A DNA stretch of 64,000 nt from a phage: sequence record PZ452602.1. One strand, written 5' to 3'. This document shows, in pieces, positions 60,335-64,000 of the stretch. The first letter of the stretch is position 1. The number at the start of each line of letters is the position of its first letter. Both the position numbers and the translations under genes were made by a program. The notes under the pieces are model-generated. The model searched no databases. It was given only the letters and a program-made list of their open reading frames with translations, and was not told the DNA's origin.

Positions 60335-61303
60335 TTATTTCAGAAGAGTAACCTCAGCAATTTCTTCCCAACCATTTTTGTCGGTCATAATAAAGTCAGC
60401 AAGATAAAGAGCAGTACGCAGTGAAACATTGCGTAAACGATTAACATTGACTTTCATCCATGATAATGCTTTATAAGTTTCTTCATCAGAAAGACCGCGC
60501 TTTTGCATCATGTCAGTTGAAAGAATAACATCTTCAACCCTGACCATAATTTCTTCATTAGTGTGAACACCCAAATCCAAATAAACTGAGCGGGACACTA
60601 ATGCTTGTAAATGTGGAGCAAGTTTAGTACCACGGTCTAATTCGCGGTCAATGTCAACGTTTGTGATAAAAACAATCGTTCCTTTAAATTCAAACTCACG
60701 CTCAATGCCTTTTTCTTCTAAGTAAGAAGATGCGGTGCTCCAGCAGACTTTACGGGTCTCTCCGGTGTCAAGAGCAGCTTTCAGAAGATTAAGAATGTCC
60801 ATATCAGAGAAAACATCCACATCATCAATCAAAAGGACAGAATTCTCTTCACGATTATTCCAAAGCTGTTCATAAAGACCGATACCGGAGATTTTACCGT
60901 TAATGCTTTTATATTCAATGTATCCAATATCATTTGCTTTATTTAAAGCTTTATCTAAAGAATACGTTTTACCAATACCTGCCGCACCAGAGATAATTAA
61001 TGAACGAATGTTTCCGTTAATAATACCATTCGTCATCATTCCCATAACATTAAATCTTTTATTAATGCGGGTTTTCATATCTTCATATGATTCTTTAACT
61101 TCTTCAACTTTTACACCATCATATGAAATATCTGATTTGTAAACCCAAACACCGCGACGTTTACCGTCAATTTCAACAAAAACTTTACCATCTCCTTGTG
61201 CATCTACTGGAGCATTATCTGGGAACCATTCGCCTAAGAGCTCAAAAGTTCCAGAGATTTCTTTACCGAAGTAGATACCCTTATTGATAGTTACAGTTTT
61301 CAT
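60335..61303 (-). CDS. AAA+ family ATPase with about 100-aa N-terminal domain
   Basis: Track ORF trimmed to MKTVTINKG after promoter and SD; Walker A GAAGIGKT, Walker B LLIDDVD. Confidence 0.65.
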   Translation of the reverse strand: MKTVTINKGIYFGKEISGTFELLGEWFPDNAPVDAQGDGKVFVEIDGKRRGVWVYKSDISYDGVKVEEVKESYEDMKTRINKRFNVMGMMTNGIINGNIRSLIISGAAGIGKTYSLDKALNKANDIGYIEYKSINGKISGIGLYEQLWNNREENSVLLIDDVDVFSDMDILNLLKAALDTGETRKVCWSTASSYLEEKGIEREFEFKGTIVFITNVDIDRELDRGTKLAPHLQALVSRSVYLDLGVHTNEEIMVRVEDVILSTDMMQKRGLSDEETYKALSWMKVNVNRLRNVSLRTALYLADFIMTDKNGWEEIAEVTLLK

Positions 61304-61333
61304 TTTATTCTCCAAATCCGTATCAGTTGATAG

Positions 61334-61371
61334 TTGTATAGTACCATAAAGCTTTATGCTTGTAAACAATT
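61334..61371 (-). promoter_or_regulatory. T4-type early promoter (GTTTAC-N18-TACTAT)
   Basis: Minus strand TTTTTCACAAAATTGTTTACAAGCATAAAGCTTTATGGTACTAT. Confidence 0.7.
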
Positions 61372-61389
61372 TTGTGAAAAATTTTTGAA

Positions 61390-61415
61390 ATAAAAAAGGG
61401 AGCCCGAAGGCTCCC
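61390..61415 (-). terminator. rho-independent terminator (GGGAGCC-UUCG-GGCUCCC + U6)
   Basis: + strand aaaaaaGGGAGCCCGAAGGCTCCC; 3' of the NTase-motif gene. Confidence 0.75.
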
Positions 61416-61417
61416 TA

Positions 61418-62431
61418 TCATTTATAATAACTTCGGTGGTTTTCAAGATAGACCTTCTCAAGGAAGTCATCCCAGAAACCCATGTCTACTTTTTGCTGCA
61501 TACCATTCTTAGAAGCTTCAGTAGATGCTGCTTCTACTTGATCGACCACATCTTCCAAAAACTCTTGAACTGTTTTAAATGGATGTTTACCCAACTTCAC
61601 GTCGAGAATAAATGGAGCATCTTGGAGTGGATAAACCAAGTCACCAGTTTTGTAAATTTCCAATAGTTGAAGTCCACCACGACAAGCATGACTCAGAGCT
61701 TTCCAGTCAATACCTTCATTGGCTTCGGCCTTACGAGCACGTTCACCATATTCAGCATCTAATTTGTTCAGTGACTGCTTAAGCTCAATAAGAGAAAGCG
61801 TTGTCTGATATTTACGACCCAACACTGTGTAGAACGTTTGTGGACCTGTTTTCTCATGATTATGGAACACCCATTCACAGAATTCGTTTTCTGGAAGACG
61901 ATGCTTAATATCTTCAACTTTAGTGCGACGCTGCTTAATAGAACCATCTTCTTGGTAATCAACCCATTGCTCAGGGATTTGATTAACTACTTTCAATACA
62001 TCGCGTAATGCTGCCAAACGAGAACCCTTGACACCGTATTTAGAAGCTTGCTTGCGAACATATCCTAAATAGGATTTCATGTTAGTCGTATAAAAACGAG
62101 AACGGTTGTCTTGAATAAACTTCCACACATCAGGCAAATCAGATTTAACCACTAGTTCAGGTGGAGTGTGAAGCATATCCAATGCTACAGTTTCACCATC
62201 TGCTGCTAATTTAAAGAAATATTTAAGACTGTATAGTTCATGGTCAATATCATCTTTAGTGTTTTTAGATGATGTGTTGTTAGTGTTTTTACTCATGTGC
62301 TCTTTGACATTTCCGATAAGAATATCACGAGCAGGAGGAACGAAAATTTCTTTAAAATCTACATCAGATTCTGGGATAGAAGTTCCATAAAGATGACTAC
62401 CAAAATAGCTTTTCATTACTGTTTTCATCAT
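61418..62431 (-). CDS. hypothetical protein with N-terminal nucleotidyltransferase (pol-beta superfamily) motif
   Basis: 337 aa; YFGSHLYGTSIPESDVDF fits GS-x10-DxD; last gene of a 4-ORF overlapping-stop operon. Confidence 0.55.
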   Translation of the reverse strand: MMKTVMKSYFGSHLYGTSIPESDVDFKEIFVPPARDILIGNVKEHMSKNTNNTSSKNTKDDIDHELYSLKYFFKLAADGETVALDMLHTPPELVVKSDLPDVWKFIQDNRSRFYTTNMKSYLGYVRKQASKYGVKGSRLAALRDVLKVVNQIPEQWVDYQEDGSIKQRRTKVEDIKHRLPENEFCEWVFHNHEKTGPQTFYTVLGRKYQTTLSLIELKQSLNKLDAEYGERARKAEANEGIDWKALSHACRGGLQLLEIYKTGDLVYPLQDAPFILDVKLGKHPFKTVQEFLEDVVDQVEAASTEASKNGMQQKVDMGFWDDFLEKVYLENHRSYYK

Positions 62432-62889
62432 TCAGCCTTATATTCAATAACAGGACATACTTTAGCTTTACGAGCTTTTAAAAATTCAACGATAATCGAT
62501 TTCTTGGGTTGAATAGGAGGTAAACCTTTATACGCCCTATCAATATTTTCTATGTGTAAAGCATAATCCTTTTTCCATTTATAATCTTTATATTTTTCAT
62601 GCAAATGTGCAGGAATAACAAATGAACCAATAATAAGTAAAACAACCAAAAGCGCAAGTATAAATGCTGATGGAAGAAGAGTCCATAAACTACCGAAAAT
62701 AAGCCAACGTTGTAGGCTTTCTGCACAAATAATTGTTAGCCCTACGAGTATAGCACACCCAAAAATAGAAACGAAAAATATAGGAATGGCAATAGACCAA
62801 AAATATGCGCATAGTGTCTTAGGTCGTTGCCATTCATCGTTAAACAATTTGAATAATTTATAGTGCCAAGAGTTTTCATTAATAATCAT
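62428..62889 (-). CDS. multi-pass membrane protein
   Basis: 153 aa; three or more hydrophobic helices; 4-nt overlap with downstream NTase-motif gene. Confidence 0.55.
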   Translation of the reverse strand: MIINENSWHYKLFKLFNDEWQRPKTLCAYFWSIAIPIFFVSIFGCAILVGLTIICAESLQRWLIFGSLWTLLPSAFILALLVVLLIIGSFVIPAHLHEKYKDYKWKKDYALHIENIDRAYKGLPPIQPKKSIIVEFLKARKAKVCPVIEYKAE

Positions 62890-62891
62890 AA

Positions 62892-63413
62892 TTATCCTTT
62901 CATTGAAGGCGTAACGGTTGTTAAATATTTAATCATAGCTTCAGCTTCTGATTTTGATAATGAAATTTCTCCATTGTTTTGACGAATAGAAATAAAATCC
63001 GGATGACGGTCACCACCAGCTTTTAAAACACACATATAAGTATCAACTTCGCCTTCAATATTTGAAATGATTGAAGCAGTTCCACATGAATGCGGTTTTT
63101 GATAAATCAATACAGCTTTTCTTCCACCGTTTGATTGTTCATAGGCTTTTAATACATCAAGCAAATCAGTTCTTTTATCAATAGCTAAAATGTTATTTTC
63201 ATCTTCAATGTTAAATCCTTCGGATACTTCATAAAGCGTTACCCATAAATCACCAATGTCAATAACAGCATTTACTTTTCCATGGCTTTCAAGAGTATGA
63301 CAAATTTTCTTGATTTCGTCATAACTCATTTTAATAATATCATCTCCTTGACTAAGAAAGATGTCATTTTTAAATTCAACACGAATTAAACCGCTTCCAC
63401 TTGAAATAAACAT
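62892..63413 (-). CDS. hypothetical protein (paralog pair member)
   Basis: 173 aa; C-terminus ...EAEAMIKYLTTVTPSM similar to neighbour. Confidence 0.55.
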   Translation of the reverse strand: MFISSGSGLIRVEFKNDIFLSQGDDIIKMSYDEIKKICHTLESHGKVNAVIDIGDLWVTLYEVSEGFNIEDENNILAIDKRTDLLDVLKAYEQSNGGRKAVLIYQKPHSCGTASIISNIEGEVDTYMCVLKAGGDRHPDFISIRQNNGEISLSKSEAEAMIKYLTTVTPSMKG

Positions 63414-63419
63414 ATTTCC

Positions 63420-63974
63420 TCACTTTGAAATCATAGTTGGAATAACAGAATCAAGATAAGTCTTTAGTGCAATAGCTTCGTCTTTGGTAAATGTGACAAT
63501 ATGTGCTCGAAAATCATCAATTTGACGAATAGTTAAGACATCTCCATCTTCATAACATTTTGATACGTTTAAAACAGTTTCATCATTCTGATTGCAAGCG
63601 TTAGTAATAATAGCATTGCAATTTTTAAACCATTTTAAACTATGTTTTCTTTCATTAGAATAATAAAAATATTTAATCTTATCTATAAAACTATCCCAAT
63701 GGATAACTGATAAGCATATTGACTCGCTTTCAATATTAAATCCTGGGCATGAAGAATAAAAATGAATTTTATGCTCATCATTAATGCTTACAATTTTATC
63801 AGTATAAGGATTTTCAATTTTGGTTAAATGAATGATTTCACTAGGCGTAAAATACAGCATATCGTCTTCTTGTGTCAAACGATACATATTATTTACTTTT
63901 TCTATAGCCAATTCACCAAAAAGTGAACTAACTTCTAATACTAATCGTTTCATATTAATCCTTTTTAATGGCAT
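63420..63974 (-). CDS. hypothetical protein (paralog pair member)
   Basis: 184 aa; C-terminus ...DEAIALKTYLDSVIPTM; shared PGFNIE/EGFNIE motif. Confidence 0.55.
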   Translation of the reverse strand: MPLKRINMKRLVLEVSSLFGELAIEKVNNMYRLTQEDDMLYFTPSEIIHLTKIENPYTDKIVSINDEHKIHFYSSCPGFNIESESICLSVIHWDSFIDKIKYFYYSNERKHSLKWFKNCNAIITNACNQNDETVLNVSKCYEDGDVLTIRQIDDFRAHIVTFTKDEAIALKTYLDSVIPTMISK

Positions 63975-64000
63975 GAATTTGTTCTAAAATTTTAGAGTAT

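Overview
This window reads as a contiguous stretch of a T-even (T4-like, Tequatrovirus) phage genome. Nothing here was searched against a database; gene calls rest on protein lengths, N-terminal sequences and catalytic motifs compared with T4 proteins from memory, plus T4 gene order. Almost all genes are on the minus strand, in T4 order: asiA, arn, motA, 52, ac, stp, ndd, denB, rIIB, rIIA, 39, dexA, dda, srd, modA, modB, soc, 56, dam, 61, sp, dmd, 41, 40, uvsX, a glycosyltransferase, 42, imm, 43, regA, 62, 44, 45, rpbA, 46, 47, a-gt, 55, nrdH, nrdG, nrdD, 49, pin, nrdC, followed by a long run of accessory ORFs. Holin t and the 3' end of the preceding late gene are on the plus strand at the left edge. 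Three things point to a T2/T6-like rather than T4 genome: gene 39 is one uninterrupted 606-aa ORF, nrdD is uninterrupted, and the T4 beta-gt position holds a different, DxD-motif glycosyltransferase. A conserved early-promoter cassette and a family of UUCG-tetraloop hairpins punctuate the minus strand. Candidates for undescribed biology are all inferences: a PD-(D/E)xK-like ORF abutting dam with a plus-strand membrane ORF beside it, four tandem diverged coiled-coil paralogs after nrdC, and a distal cluster with a nucleotidyltransferase-motif protein, a membrane protein and an AAA+ ATPase. Coordinates of features I counted by hand (small ORFs, promoters, hairpins) may be off by 1-2 nt.
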